A DNA stretch of 64,000 nucleotides, taken from the IMG/VR virus record IMGVR_UViG_3300022924_000206; one strand, 5' to 3'. The notes below the pieces were generated by a model. It saw nothing but the letters and a program-made list of their open reading frames with translations. It was not told the DNA's origin and did not search any database. Made by a program: the position numbers and the translations under genes. Origin of the DNA: an uncultured virus (IMG/VR IMGVR_UViG_3300022924_000206) (lineage: Duplodnaviria > Heunggongvirae > Uroviricota > Caudoviricetes). Shown piece after piece: positions 48,659 to 59,387 of the stretch (positions are counted from its first letter, which is position 1; the number at the start of each line of letters is the position of its first letter).

Positions 48659-49309
48659 ATGTACCATATTACGGCTGAAGGACCTAAGCGCTGTTCAGCT
48701 AAGCCAGGAAATTGCCCTCTAGGCGGCGAGCATTTCGGTTTCAAAGAGGATGCAGAGTCCTCTTATCTCGAATCCTTAGTACAGAATAATGAAACTTTTC
48801 CTCCGAAAAAAGATGAACTTGATCTACCTTGTGCTTTCGGCACCATGCGAGTGAAAAATGGCGACCTTACGGATGTCAAAAGCCGCACGGCTCTGATTAG
48901 TGGGCTCTGTGGTTCACTTGCTTTAGCTGTTCACGATAAAACCGGTGGGACACCGCACTTCGTCTGCTACGGAGTCAAAGAGGACGAAGATTTAGAGCAG
49001 CTTTTCGCGGAAGATGGAAATGTTCTATTAGATGTCGCCACCCACGCTTTGGTAGAAAGCAAAACTAAACCAGGAACATATCTTGATTCCTACGGTCAGA
49101 AAACATTAGCGGATCTTCAGAATTTCTACGGGGATGACATTCGAGTTATTCCCGGTAATAGAGCTATGTTGGTAGCCTACAGTGAAACCGGAGTGCCTGA
49201 TATTCTCGGGAAGTTCGCCGATTCTGTGATCGACCTGGATTCTAAAGGCAAAAGTTATGATTACGATGACTTTGATTTGGATGACCAAGATTTTGAAGAC
49301 GATGAATAA
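48659..49309 (+). CDS. HCCH-module protein with Cys-His-Asp domain
   Basis: YHITAEGPKRCSA...CPLG...HF; GLCGSLA, HALV, YLDSYG. Confidence 0.75.
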   Translation: MYHITAEGPKRCSAKPGNCPLGGEHFGFKEDAESSYLESLVQNNETFPPKKDELDLPCAFGTMRVKNGDLTDVKSRTALISGLCGSLALAVHDKTGGTPHFVCYGVKEDEDLEQLFAEDGNVLLDVATHALVESKTKPGTYLDSYGQKTLADLQNFYGDDIRVIPGNRAMLVAYSETGVPDILGKFADSVIDLDSKGKSYDYDDFDLDDQDFEDDE

Positions 49310-49376
49310 GTAACTCGTCACTAAGCAAAATAACAATATACAACTATAATAGATCGTTCTCGCGTAAGGAGTTTTT

Positions 49377-50231
49377 ATGAGAATCCACATGACACCGGCA
49401 GGGCCAAAACCCTGTTCGGCCACAAAAAGAGCCTGTAAATATGGAGAGCACTACGATTCTCAAGAGGAACTTCAAGCAGCTTTAGCTGAGACCTTCGATG
49501 GAGTAAAAGGTAACATCAAGAAGAAGAAAAAAGATGTTCTTCTCGAAAAATTCAGAGTTGCTCCATTGCCTGATCAAGCGGAACTTCTACAGAGACTAAC
49601 TGACGCCGCTACGGTGAATGGGCTTGTGGATGTATCGGAAAGAGAGCTTGAAGAGGCTAAGGAATTCTATTCCCTTGTGCTTCAAGGTGAAATTCCAGAG
49701 TCATTCCCTGAGTTTGACCGGCCAGAGGGAGAATACCATCCTTTGGATTTCGCTTTGCATAATCAGCTCTGTGAAGCAGGCCTCTACGGAAAAGTTACAA
49801 AAAAGGTGGCGAGAGAGTTGAAAGCTGAAATAGGCGCAGACGCCGTTGTCCTTGATCCCATGGCTGGTAAAGGCTATGGAGTAAAAGCATTGAGAGAGGT
49901 TGGTATCAAATCAATCGCCACCGATGATAACTCATGGGATATTTCAGAGCAGGTTGAAAATCTAGACGCTTTAGCGAGTGTAAGAAAGTATGGAAAAGAT
50001 TCAACTCATGTGCTTCTTTCTTGGCCACCAAACAATGATGACATCGACCTAAAAGTTTTGGAACTTTGCCGCAGTGAATTCCCCCATCTAACCGTAATAA
50101 ACATCGGTGAAAGCAAAGGATGCACGGGCTCTTACGAGTTCTGGGACAATGAAGAGCGCGTGGAGCAGAAAACCTCGCTTGCTTATCCCACATCTCCGCA
50201 ACTTAGAGATCGCATCACCTTCCATAAGTGA
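49377..50231 (+). CDS. HCCH-module protein with SAM-methyltransferase-like domain
   Basis: HMTPAGPKPCSA...C.YG.HY; LDPMAGKGY, LSWPP. Confidence 0.75.
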   Translation: MRIHMTPAGPKPCSATKRACKYGEHYDSQEELQAALAETFDGVKGNIKKKKKDVLLEKFRVAPLPDQAELLQRLTDAATVNGLVDVSERELEEAKEFYSLVLQGEIPESFPEFDRPEGEYHPLDFALHNQLCEAGLYGKVTKKVARELKAEIGADAVVLDPMAGKGYGVKALREVGIKSIATDDNSWDISEQVENLDALASVRKYGKDSTHVLLSWPPNNDDIDLKVLELCRSEFPHLTVINIGESKGCTGSYEFWDNEERVEQKTSLAYPTSPQLRDRITFHK

Positions 50232-50332
50232 GAGTTTTCGATCACTTAAAATTCGATTAGTTCTGATCGTAGAAGCTCATTTAGATATTGGTACAATGAG
50301 TCAGACGAACATCAAGGATTAAGGAATTCAAC

Positions 50333-51430
50333 GTGGCAAAAGTAAAGCCCTCAGAGATTAGCTCGGCTATTGATTTTGGCGATCTTGTTAAAGTACCTAA
50401 GAACACCATCGACCCAGAATTTCCTGTCGAAAAAATCAAGCCACGTGTGGAGAACATTCGATTCTACTCGGATGTCGAACGTGACGGCCTAGAGGATTCC
50501 ATTCGTCGTTACGGCTTCACTGAGCCCATTGTTCTTGGTCCGGATAATGTCATCGTTCACGGAAACCTTCGCTACGATCTAGCAAAGAACGTCTTCGGGC
50601 TTTCCACGGTGCCCGTTGTTATTCTCAACACTGAACTCAAAGATGAGAGTGTTGGGTATCCTCTAATCGCTAATCGCCTCAACGAGTGGTCAACATGGAA
50701 CCACGCCGTAACTGACTTACTCCTTCTTCAGGAGAAAAAGATTCCTGCCCCCAAGCGTGAAAAGCGTAAGACTTCCAACGGTGAAGAAACTCGTCAAAAA
50801 GTCGGCATCGACTGGGAGGCTGACGAAGCTCTCGGGGCTGGCAAAATGAGCCTTCGCACCGCTCTTCGTAAGCTCGGTTGGTTTACCAACGATGTTCCAG
50901 AGAGCCTAACCGCCAATTCATTCACTCTTGAGAAGGTTGCTGAAGAAATCGTCTCTCGTGAGCGTTCACAGATCTACCAGTTCAACCCTGAACAGCTTCT
51001 TTTTGTGGCTCGTACTCGTCGAGCTCTTCTTCGTTACTTCGAAGACCCCAAGAATGCTGCGCTCAAGGAAAAAGATATTCCTAAGGACAAGGATCCAAAG
51101 ATAGCAGCTGAGAAGCTTGCTACAAAAATCGCTGAGCGAGCTGACTACTATGTCGCCATCGCTAAGGATATTCGTGAGTACGACTTCGATCTCAACCCAG
51201 ACGGTTCAAAGCTAGAGCGTCGAGCCGAAATCGTAGAGGCTATCATGGAAGTTCTCATAGCGACAGCTGAAAAGGTTGACCCTGAACTTCGAGGTAAGAC
51301 GAAGAAAGAAATTGCTGAACTAATCAAAGCCAATAAGGTTTCTGTTCCTGCTAGAGAGTTCCAGCAAGGCATGAAAGCTCTCAACATCTTCGACATTATC
51401 AATGCTCCAGAGGACGAGGTGCAGGAATAA
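50333..51430 (+). CDS. ParB/Srx N-terminal domain protein
   Basis: SIRRYGFTEPIVL...IVHGNLR. Confidence 0.75.
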   Translation: MAKVKPSEISSAIDFGDLVKVPKNTIDPEFPVEKIKPRVENIRFYSDVERDGLEDSIRRYGFTEPIVLGPDNVIVHGNLRYDLAKNVFGLSTVPVVILNTELKDESVGYPLIANRLNEWSTWNHAVTDLLLLQEKKIPAPKREKRKTSNGEETRQKVGIDWEADEALGAGKMSLRTALRKLGWFTNDVPESLTANSFTLEKVAEEIVSRERSQIYQFNPEQLLFVARTRRALLRYFEDPKNAALKEKDIPKDKDPKIAAEKLATKIAERADYYVAIAKDIREYDFDLNPDGSKLERRAEIVEAIMEVLIATAEKVDPELRGKTKKEIAELIKANKVSVPAREFQQGMKALNIFDIINAPEDEVQE

Positions 51431-52464
51431 TGGGAAAAGCTAATGTAACCGGTAAACCACCAGCGGCAACTCGATTTGCCCATGATCCCTCACGCCCTCC
51501 TACTTTAGAGGAGCTCAATGATCCCAATAGTTTCTATGCGCCCAAGCAGTTCCCGCTAAGCACATTCTACATTTGTTCTCGTGGACGTGCGGATAACTCC
51601 ACCACCGGAGCTCTTCTCGATAACCACGGAATCCGTAATTGGTTTTACGTGGTGGATGCTTTCGAAGAGGAAGCTTACAGAAAAGTTTACGGAGATAGAG
51701 TTCTAGTGGCTCCTGCCGAATATTCGGAACCTTTCGATCCGATCACTAATCCAAACGGAACAGACTTCCTAGATACCTTCCAGCCCTACAGCGAAGAAAG
51801 CTTCTACAAGCTCCACAATTTGGATCCCGAGGATGAGTTTAGCCAAGAGCTAGCTGAGATGTACCTTAAAGACAAGCCTGGAACCCCGGCCTCCAAGCGG
51901 AACTATGCTCACGATTACTCTTTGGCTCACGGTGAAAAGTGGCACTGGATTCTAGACGATGACCTCCTCTACTTCGGTAAAGAGGGTCACGGCCGTAACA
52001 AGATGCTCCCCTCCGATTTCGACATTGGTGAAGTTCTCGGCTACTTCGAAGAGTTCTGTAACACCATCGACGGTCTCGGAGTCTCGGAGCTCGACAACTT
52101 CGGACTCTCATTCAACCGCGAGAAAGATGCCGATGTGCTTTACAACGTAAAGTGCTATACTTTCATGCGTATCCGTAACGGCACAGGAATTCGCTGGGCC
52201 GGCCGCTTTAATGATGACGTGCTTCTTTGTGAGTCGTTCCTCAATAGAGGTTACAAGACACTCTCAAGCAAGGCAATCACTTGTCTCACTAGAGACACTC
52301 AGGTTCACGGGGGTGGGCTCACCGAGCTCTACAAATCTGAAGGTACTTTGAAGAAGTCCATGATGGTTCCTAAGGTCAACCCTAGAGCCAGTAGCACCAT
52401 GGTGCGCTACGGACGAATTCACCACCTCACCGATTGGGCTTCCTGGAAACAGGGACGACTCTAA
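51430..52464 (+). CDS. GT-A fold glycosyltransferase (TET-associated/GREB1-like)
   Basis: ICSRGRA, RNY, WILDDD, RFNDD, GGLTELY. Confidence 0.7.
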   Translation: MGKANVTGKPPAATRFAHDPSRPPTLEELNDPNSFYAPKQFPLSTFYICSRGRADNSTTGALLDNHGIRNWFYVVDAFEEEAYRKVYGDRVLVAPAEYSEPFDPITNPNGTDFLDTFQPYSEESFYKLHNLDPEDEFSQELAEMYLKDKPGTPASKRNYAHDYSLAHGEKWHWILDDDLLYFGKEGHGRNKMLPSDFDIGEVLGYFEEFCNTIDGLGVSELDNFGLSFNREKDADVLYNVKCYTFMRIRNGTGIRWAGRFNDDVLLCESFLNRGYKTLSSKAITCLTRDTQVHGGGLTELYKSEGTLKKSMMVPKVNPRASSTMVRYGRIHHLTDWASWKQGRL

Positions 52465-52608
52465 ATAGATATTACTTCGGTAGGATACTAACGGAAGAAC
52501 CTTTGGGCTCAATCCGATAGCCAATACAACAGAATAAAAGTACAAAATTCAGCTTGCGTCAACTTTGACTAGAGCTTCGGAGAGAGTCAATAAAAGTTAG
52601 GAAAAACC

Positions 52609-53109
52609 ATGTCTCTAAACACAATCACTATGGGGACCTTCGATGTTCCTCACGTAGGCCACGCCCTATTCTTAGCTAAGTGCGCTACCCTTACTGACCA
52701 TTTAGTGGTCGGCGTATCTTCGGACGATTTCGTAGAGCGCTATAAGGGTTTTCGTCCGCTTTTCTCCGAGCGTGAGCGTGTGAGCTTCATCGAGCGCCTT
52801 GGCTATGAAGCCATCGTGACCGACGGAGTTTTGGATGATCGTATTCTCAACCTCGGATTCAATCACATCATCATCGGTTCCGACTGGCTTCGCAAGGATT
52901 ACCTCCCGCAGATCGGTGCTTCACCGGATCTTCTAGAGCGCTACAAGATCTCGCTAAGCTACGTTCCTTACACCGATGGAATTAGCGCTACCGAAATCAA
53001 GAAGCGCGTTGGAAAGCGTGTACTTGAGGTTGCTATCAAGAACCACCGCGATGGAGACAAGAGCGAAGAGGCTATCGAGCTTCTTGAGGCAGAATTGGCT
53101 ACACTCTGA
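52609..53109 (+). CDS. cytidylyltransferase (TagD-like)
   Basis: GTFDVPHVGH, GSDW, GISAT. Confidence 0.85.
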   Translation: MSLNTITMGTFDVPHVGHALFLAKCATLTDHLVVGVSSDDFVERYKGFRPLFSERERVSFIERLGYEAIVTDGVLDDRILNLGFNHIIIGSDWLRKDYLPQIGASPDLLERYKISLSYVPYTDGISATEIKKRVGKRVLEVAIKNHRDGDKSEEAIELLEAELATL

Positions 53110-53110
53110 A

Positions 53111-54229
53111 GTGGACAACCACAGCTTTGTAAGTGGGAATGAGACATTCAACTTCCAAGGTGATTGGATCAAGTTAGCTAGATCAGAATCATCCGCGGCG
53201 AAGCTCCATAAGGAGAATGCCTGGTTCCAATACTTCAAATCCTTGGAGAGTATGCCTTTGATTCTTCCTAGGCAGGTCTCCTTCTTCAACAACCGCGTAC
53301 TCATGACCTCGAGTATCTACGGTGAATCCGCTTCCGAGCGCTTTCTCAACGATAATTTGTCCGAGCGCGAATTCGGGATTATCTGCAAGGCTCTTTTAGA
53401 GTTCCAGAAGCTTCCGGTTGAAGAGGATGCTGTAAAACCTAGCGGTTCTCTCTATGCTGGTCGTGTGGAACGTTTAGGTGCAGCTCAGGATATTAAAGAA
53501 TGGTTCAAACCTCTTCTAGAGAATATCCCTGAGCTCACATATTCTCACGGAGATTACCATCTAGGTAATATTCTCCTCACCGAGAGAGGTGTAGGTGTTG
53601 TGGATCCGGGAGAGTACCCGGTATTCGACCCGCGCTACGATTGGGCGAAGCTTTACCACTCTCTCCGTGGTTACAATCATCTCATCGAGGATGTCAATTT
53701 CATAATCGACTCCAATATAGAGGCTAAGTTCTTTGAACACTGCCCGTATCCTCGTGAAGAAATTGAGAAGCTCACCGGTTTCCTATTCCTCACCATGCTT
53801 CCTCTTCACCAGCGCGGTAATCAGTTGAAGATCCTAAACAAAGCCAACGAGATTCTCGAGCCTCTGGGTCTACGTAAAGTATATCTTTCGGATTATTCAG
53901 CTAAGAGTGAGCTTTACGTGGATTTCGATGGGACCATCGTTTCTCTTGAGAAAGATTTCATGGAGGGTGAGCCCAATGAGGAGCTCATCACTGTTTTACG
54001 TGATTACTACGAAAACAACAAGCGCATTGTTATTTATACTGCTAGAGGTATGAAAAGCAATAATGGCGACTTGGCGATAATTGAAAAGAACGTTAAACCA
54101 AGAATAGCAGAGTGGCTAAGACTTCATAATGTGCCTTACCACGAGCTAATCGTAGGAAAACCGTTCTGGGAAATTCTTATTGATGATCGAGTGAAAAATA
54201 TTGAGGATGTGAATAGTTGGATATTCTAG
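53111..54229 (+). CDS. APH/choline-kinase-like domain fused to HAD phosphatase
   Basis: HGDYHLGN, DP, YDWAKL; DFDGT, YTARGM, GKP, IDDR; start placed at GTG 53111. Confidence 0.75.
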   Translation: MDNHSFVSGNETFNFQGDWIKLARSESSAAKLHKENAWFQYFKSLESMPLILPRQVSFFNNRVLMTSSIYGESASERFLNDNLSEREFGIICKALLEFQKLPVEEDAVKPSGSLYAGRVERLGAAQDIKEWFKPLLENIPELTYSHGDYHLGNILLTERGVGVVDPGEYPVFDPRYDWAKLYHSLRGYNHLIEDVNFIIDSNIEAKFFEHCPYPREEIEKLTGFLFLTMLPLHQRGNQLKILNKANEILEPLGLRKVYLSDYSAKSELYVDFDGTIVSLEKDFMEGEPNEELITVLRDYYENNKRIVIYTARGMKSNNGDLAIIEKNVKPRIAEWLRLHNVPYHELIVGKPFWEILIDDRVKNIEDVNSWIF

Positions 54230-55833
54230 TCACCGCCGCCGGAGAATCAAAACGCTTCGGAGGGCAAGATAAATACCTTCTGGATGTCCTTGGGTTTCCC
54301 ATGCTTCATTGGGCGCTTCGCTCCATTGGAAAATCAAAAGGTCACAATGTTGTGATCGTGATTTCCAAAGAGGAAAATAAAGCTCAAGTTGAGAAAATCG
54401 CTAAAGAGGCAGGATTCCCTGAGGTCACCGTAGAGATCATCGAAGAGACCACCGGCCAGGCTCATACGGTGCAACAATCTTTGAAATTCCTAAAAGGAAG
54501 AGCATTTCTAGTCATCCCAGTTGACACGGTATTAGCTGAACCTTTAAATACTCGTGGGCTCTCTCGCAACACCATCATCACTTTCCCGTCAAAAGATTAT
54601 AGCTCCTACTCATTCGTAAAGCTCGATGGAGACAATGTTGTTTCCATTGAGGAGAAGGCTCCAGGAGATTTAGCCACCGCAGGCTATTACTCTTTTGCCT
54701 CCAAAGAGCAGTATCAAGCGGCCTGGGATCTCATTGACCATGGGCAAGAGGAATACATTTCTCATATTTACCAGAAGCTCATCGAGCTAGGTAAATCAGT
54801 AAAAAGCCAAGAGATTCCCGCTAATTCAGTTATTGATCTCGGTACCCCTGCTAAGGTAGAAGAAAACCTTGATCGAATTTTTGAAAAGCTATTAGCCGAT
54901 GTTCCTAAGCAGCGTAGTATTTCTTTCGATGACCTGAAGAAAGAGCTACAAGATGTCTCCTACAACCCGGATAACAAGTTTGTTCTTGATCTTCTAGAGA
55001 GCCACGTAGACAAGCCGATTAGTGATCGAGTAGGTTTTGGCAGTCTTGTCCATAACTACAATTATAGCTGCCGCACTATCAATCAGCTTCTAAAAGAAAA
55101 AGACCTCTCCTGGGTTACATTCTTCCTCTACGATACTGTAGATGGACCTTATTCTCTCTGGCGTTATCTCGAGTCACGCCTGGGAGCTAACTTGGTGGTC
55201 ATCGAAGATTCAGCGGACATCAAATACAAGGTGCCTCACAAGAGGCAAGCCATAATCGACCACTTCACCGCCATAGGTAAAGAGTGGACAGTGATTTTTG
55301 ACGATGATTTCTCTTGGAGAATTGCCTACAAGAAGAACGGTTCAAAAACCCCTAAGAGTAGAGCCGTTGACTTCCCACTAGCCGTGAAAATGATCGCTTG
55401 GTTAGCTGTGGAGCAGGATTACGATTTCCTTTGCACAGGTACTAACACTCGTCGTATGCAGTACGTGAAATACGGTCCCGTGATTAGTAGGCCCGGGGCT
55501 ATCTATTGGAACTTCTTCCTCATGCGTAACAGCGTGCTAAAAGAGCGTGGAATTAGATTTGTGACTGACCGCCAGATCCACGAGGATCTAGCTATGAGTC
55601 TAGATATTGCTAAGAGTAGCGATTCAGCCTATGTGCTTTTTCTGTATCAAGTGCCCTCATTCGACTTCAATCAACAGTCATTAGTTGATCGTGAAGAGGA
55701 AACCGTGAAATATGGTGAGGGATTCTGGGATATCAAGATTAAACTTCAGGGTGGCATGGAGACTAAGTTCTTCAACATAAATCGTCAGAAGATAGCCGAA
55801 CATAAAAAGCCCGAAAAGACCAAACTTATTTGA
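54217..55833 (+). CDS. sugar nucleotidyltransferase fused to GT-A glycosyltransferase
   Basis: AAGESKRF, EEK, DLGTP; C-terminal FDDD and HED. Confidence 0.75.
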   Translation: MDILVTAAGESKRFGGQDKYLLDVLGFPMLHWALRSIGKSKGHNVVIVISKEENKAQVEKIAKEAGFPEVTVEIIEETTGQAHTVQQSLKFLKGRAFLVIPVDTVLAEPLNTRGLSRNTIITFPSKDYSSYSFVKLDGDNVVSIEEKAPGDLATAGYYSFASKEQYQAAWDLIDHGQEEYISHIYQKLIELGKSVKSQEIPANSVIDLGTPAKVEENLDRIFEKLLADVPKQRSISFDDLKKELQDVSYNPDNKFVLDLLESHVDKPISDRVGFGSLVHNYNYSCRTINQLLKEKDLSWVTFFLYDTVDGPYSLWRYLESRLGANLVVIEDSADIKYKVPHKRQAIIDHFTAIGKEWTVIFDDDFSWRIAYKKNGSKTPKSRAVDFPLAVKMIAWLAVEQDYDFLCTGTNTRRMQYVKYGPVISRPGAIYWNFFLMRNSVLKERGIRFVTDRQIHEDLAMSLDIAKSSDSAYVLFLYQVPSFDFNQQSLVDREEETVKYGEGFWDIKIKLQGGMETKFFNINRQKIAEHKKPEKTKLI

Positions 55834-55841
55834 TCGTAAAA

Positions 55842-55883
55842 CAACGGCAGCTAATGATCCAGAGATGGTCGTAGCTGCCGTTG
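55842..55883. terminator. hairpin between convergent genes
   Basis: CAACGGCAGCTA/TAGCTGCCGTTG. Confidence 0.6.
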
Positions 55884-55982
55884 GCTTGTATTCTAAGCGA
55901 GTTTTAGGCGTAAGCTGTGACGTTGTTAGGCATAGGAAATATGGAGCTTAAATAGCCTCTGATGAAATTGATTTGAATAGTC

Positions 55983-56987
55983 TCAATTCCATTTATCTTT
56001 CCAACTGACTCGTCCAGCATTACTTGAGTTGAAGTAATCTACCTGACCATTTATGTCAGAGCTCTCGTACTGCTTAGCTAAATGAGAAACGTAAGCCTCT
56101 AAACGATTAGCGGCTTCTCTTTGGTTTCTACGGAAACTATTCTCTCCATCAGAGACCCATTCGGTAGGAATTGCCTCCGCCTTAGTGGCGCCCCCAGGCT
56201 TGTAACCGATGTTTACACTGATCGAACTTACCCAAGCACCATCGTTCTTTTTAACTGAAACGTCAATCCACTTAGGTAGCTCTCCAGCAGCTTTCGCTTC
56301 ACCTACAAGCTTACGAATTCCAGCAGCCGCTGCGGTTTGACCAATGAAAATAGATTTACCGTCGGCGTCCTTCTGTCCAGCCAAGGCGCCGATGAATCTA
56401 CGGCCTCCCATGTAACCCTGATCGTCATTGGCCTGCGGTGGCCCACCGACCTTAGCATTTTCAACTTCAGGCACAGTTGCGAGAATTGCCTTGTCGAACT
56501 CAGCAGCCGTATTTGGAGCTGGGAAGCTTATTGGTTTAGGAGCTCTCACGGACTTTTTTGGAGCTGCACTCTTCACCGTGCCTAGCGGGGTCGAGGGGAC
56601 GCTCAAATACTCAGGATTTACCGAGAGAGAATCCTCGGGTTTTCCGCCGTTGGTGTTATCCTCAATGTAAGCTAGAAGCTCTCTACGAGCTCCATAAATT
56701 TTGAAGCCATCGGGTTCAATAGCCACATTGAGTTTCGGATAGGAGCCATCGGCAAATTTACCTTTACCATCAACCACGGGCTTCTCTGCTCCGAGATCCT
56801 TCACTAGGAAAGGGAATTTCTGCTGTGGAGTTTTAACCCCTGCAAAAACACCGCTCTGCTGCTTCTCGTAGGAAGCTCTAGCTGCCTCGGCTGAGGTGAA
56901 GTGGGCATCCTCCCCACCGAAGGGACAGGATTTTTCAGCTCGACACTGACCGGGCTCACCTTTACCGTTGATGTGAAATTTAGCCAT
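55983..56987 (-). CDS. HCCH-module family protein
   Basis: MAKFHINGKG...CRA...CPFG...HF; start placed at ATG 56987. Confidence 0.8.
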   Translation of the reverse strand: MAKFHINGKGEPGQCRAEKSCPFGGEDAHFTSAEAARASYEKQQSGVFAGVKTPQQKFPFLVKDLGAEKPVVDGKGKFADGSYPKLNVAIEPDGFKIYGARRELLAYIEDNTNGGKPEDSLSVNPEYLSVPSTPLGTVKSAAPKKSVRAPKPISFPAPNTAAEFDKAILATVPEVENAKVGGPPQANDDQGYMGGRRFIGALAGQKDADGKSIFIGQTAAAAGIRKLVGEAKAAGELPKWIDVSVKKNDGAWVSSISVNIGYKPGGATKAEAIPTEWVSDGENSFRRNQREAANRLEAYVSHLAKQYESSDINGQVDYFNSSNAGRVSWKDKWN

Positions 56988-56997
56988 TTCTTTTCTC

Positions 56998-57465
56998 CTA
57001 GTCAATCTCAATGCCGAGGTCTTGTAATTTGTTTTTAGCGTTAGTCATCTTTCTATTGCGAGACGAGTGGATTCTAGCCACCTGCTCCATATATACCGGA
57101 TTCTGTTCCATGGTCCAATGAGGCCCGGATTGAACAGTGTCATTGTAATTAGCGATGTGCTTCAAAGCTAATTTCTTGTCTTCAGCAGACAGTCCTTTAA
57201 GCTTTCTAGCATCCGTAGAAATGATTCCGTTTTTATCTCGACCCAAGAGCAATTTTCCCTCAGGAGTATGACGAACCGAAGATTCCTTTGATTTCTTAGT
57301 AACCGGGCGGAAGGATAGGCCACCAGCTACAGCTTTGTTCACAAGCTCAGCGGCTTTAGAGGCGTCTTCTTTCGTTGAGAAGTGAATATCCTCGCCACCG
57401 AATGGACAAGATTTTTCTGCTCGGCAGCGTCCAACCTCACCGGTTTTGGGATTTATGTGGAACAC
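56998..57465 (-). CDS. HCCH-module family protein
   Basis: FHINPKTG...CRA...CPFG...HF. Confidence 0.8.
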   Translation of the reverse strand: MFHINPKTGEVGRCRAEKSCPFGGEDIHFSTKEDASKAAELVNKAVAGGLSFRPVTKKSKESSVRHTPEGKLLLGRDKNGIISTDARKLKGLSAEDKKLALKHIANYNDTVQSGPHWTMEQNPVYMEQVARIHSSRNRKMTNAKNKLQDLGIEID

Positions 57466-57516
57466 GGAATCAACTCCTTAGACTAAAAGTTTTCTAACTA
57501 AATTAGAAAAACCTCC

Positions 57517-58725
57517 ATGCGTTATCACTTGACTCCAGACGGTCCTAAACCATGCTCAGCCACAAAAATAGCATGTCGTTATGGCGAGCATTTCGAGAAC
57601 AAGAAAGATGCTCAAGGAGCCTTTGAAAATGACCTTAGTGAAACAGTAGGTTTCAATGGGCTTAAATCAAATACTTCCGGCGAACTAGCCGCCGAGGTAT
57701 CTAGAGCCTACGCTCACTGGTCAATAGTGAACGATCATCTTCACAATGCTTCAGGAACAGGGAACGAAGCTGAACTAATCTATTACGCATCCGCTCAAGG
57801 GCAACTGGAATTAGCTAGACGCTCCCGTTCAAAATACAACAAAGAGTATTTAGCCATAGCTGACCGCATCAAAAACGGGGAACCTAAAAACTTTGAGCTC
57901 ACAGTGGACCCCGATGCTCTTGAAAAATCCATAGCTGCCGGTGAAGCTCATCTTCTAAAGGATACCTCCACCTTCTACTTGGAAGATAAAGCGCCCAGAC
58001 ATAATGAGGAGCTTGGACATAAACTCATCGAGCTCTCCCATGAGTGGCTAAAGAATCTTTCACCAGAACAGCAGGAGGCCGTTGGTTGGCTGACTAGTAA
58101 CGGCTTCGGCATGTCTCAATATGCTCTCGGTATCAAAAATGAGAACGCGGGACACTATTTTGATGGAATCATTGATGAAAATGCTATCTATGATAAGCAT
58201 GGGGCAGATTACAAAACGGCGGAAATAGAGATCGAGCAGGCTAAAAACGATTACGCGGAAAATTATCTCTCCACAGTAATTTCAGCCTTCGAGAAGGTTC
58301 CGAGGCTCAAAACACCCATCGTGATCGCTAGAGGAACTAGTATAGATGAACTTCAGGATATCCTAGGAACAGACACAACCGACACTAAGAGTTTATTCGA
58401 TTCCATAGAAAAAGGAAAGTTCCTCAATAAAGAGGCTCCCAAAAATTCTCGAATCAGACGAGGTCCGCAGTCCGCCACCGCGAAGCTAGGAACTAGTTCC
58501 AGTTTTGCGAAACGACTCTGGGGAAACAAAGTAAACGAGGATCGAGAGATCGTGTTAGCCATCAAAACTACCAGTGTCCCCTCACCGGTAAATGTGAGCG
58601 CTTGGAGCACCGGAGAGTATGAAATTTTCACAAACCCACTCAGCAGCTACAGGGTTGTGGGAGGTCGTAGAGGACCTCGAGAATCATTTATTCTAGAATT
58701 AGAGGAACTCGCTGCTGGTCAATGA
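57517..58725 (+). CDS. HCCH-module protein with ADP-ribosyltransferase-like C-terminus
   Basis: YHLTPDGPKPCSA; IARG...QSAT...GEYEI (R-S-E pattern). Confidence 0.65.
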   Translation: MRYHLTPDGPKPCSATKIACRYGEHFENKKDAQGAFENDLSETVGFNGLKSNTSGELAAEVSRAYAHWSIVNDHLHNASGTGNEAELIYYASAQGQLELARRSRSKYNKEYLAIADRIKNGEPKNFELTVDPDALEKSIAAGEAHLLKDTSTFYLEDKAPRHNEELGHKLIELSHEWLKNLSPEQQEAVGWLTSNGFGMSQYALGIKNENAGHYFDGIIDENAIYDKHGADYKTAEIEIEQAKNDYAENYLSTVISAFEKVPRLKTPIVIARGTSIDELQDILGTDTTDTKSLFDSIEKGKFLNKEAPKNSRIRRGPQSATAKLGTSSSFAKRLWGNKVNEDREIVLAIKTTSVPSPVNVSAWSTGEYEIFTNPLSSYRVVGGRRGPRESFILELEELAAGQ

Positions 58726-58838
58726 TACTGTACAAGTGGAGGGTTCCTAATTTGGACCTTAGGCACAAAACTGCGTTAGAATTGCGTTCTTTGTTGATAG
58801 AAGCTATATAACACCAAAACGCACCTAAGGAGCATTAC

Positions 58839-59387
58839 ATGCGTAAAGTTGCTCTAGGGGTTTATTCGTTCGTCGTGGCATCGGTAGTAACGGCAAGCAT
58901 TCTGGCTCCGCCGCCTTTCACTGTAGAGGCGGCTGTCGGACCAGAGACGCCCCAAGATAAATCACAAATTCAATCACTAACAGTAAGCAGTTCGGCTGCA
59001 GCGCCGAAAATAGAGCGTGACAGCTATACTGTAGAGTACACACCACCCCCACCTCCTGAGCCCGAACCGGCTCCGGCACCTTCGGCAGCACCCAAATACT
59101 CCGGTGGAGGTTCACCCTCCGAGTGGATGGCTGCAGCTGGAATCGCCGAGAGCGACTGGGGCTATGTTGATTATGTAGTCAGTAAAGAAAGTAGTTGGAA
59201 TCCCAACGCCACCAATGATAGCTCAGGAGCTTGCGGATTAGTACAGGCTCTGCCCTGTAGCAAAGTTCCTGGAGCCGGCGGCTATGATCCGGTAGCAAAC
59301 CTAACTTGGGCTAACGGCTACGCCGTTGGGCGCTACGGCTCGTGGGCAGGAGCCTACGATTTCTGGATTAATAACCACTGGTGGTGA
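58839..59387 (+). CDS. secreted lytic transglycosylase-like protein
   Basis: Signal peptide, Pro linker, KESSWNPNA, GACGLVQALP, RYGSW. Confidence 0.85.
   Translation: MRKVALGVYSFVVASVVTASILAPPPFTVEAAVGPETPQDKSQIQSLTVSSSAAAPKIERDSYTVEYTPPPPPEPEPAPAPSAAPKYSGGGSPSEWMAAAGIAESDWGYVDYVVSKESSWNPNATNDSSGACGLVQALPCSKVPGAGGYDPVANLTWANGYAVGRYGSWAGAYDFWINNHWW

Noticed and set aside
52976..53110. Upstream extension of the kinase-HAD ORF
   Set aside because: Overlaps the cytidylyltransferase gene; GTG at 53111 just after its stop is more plausible
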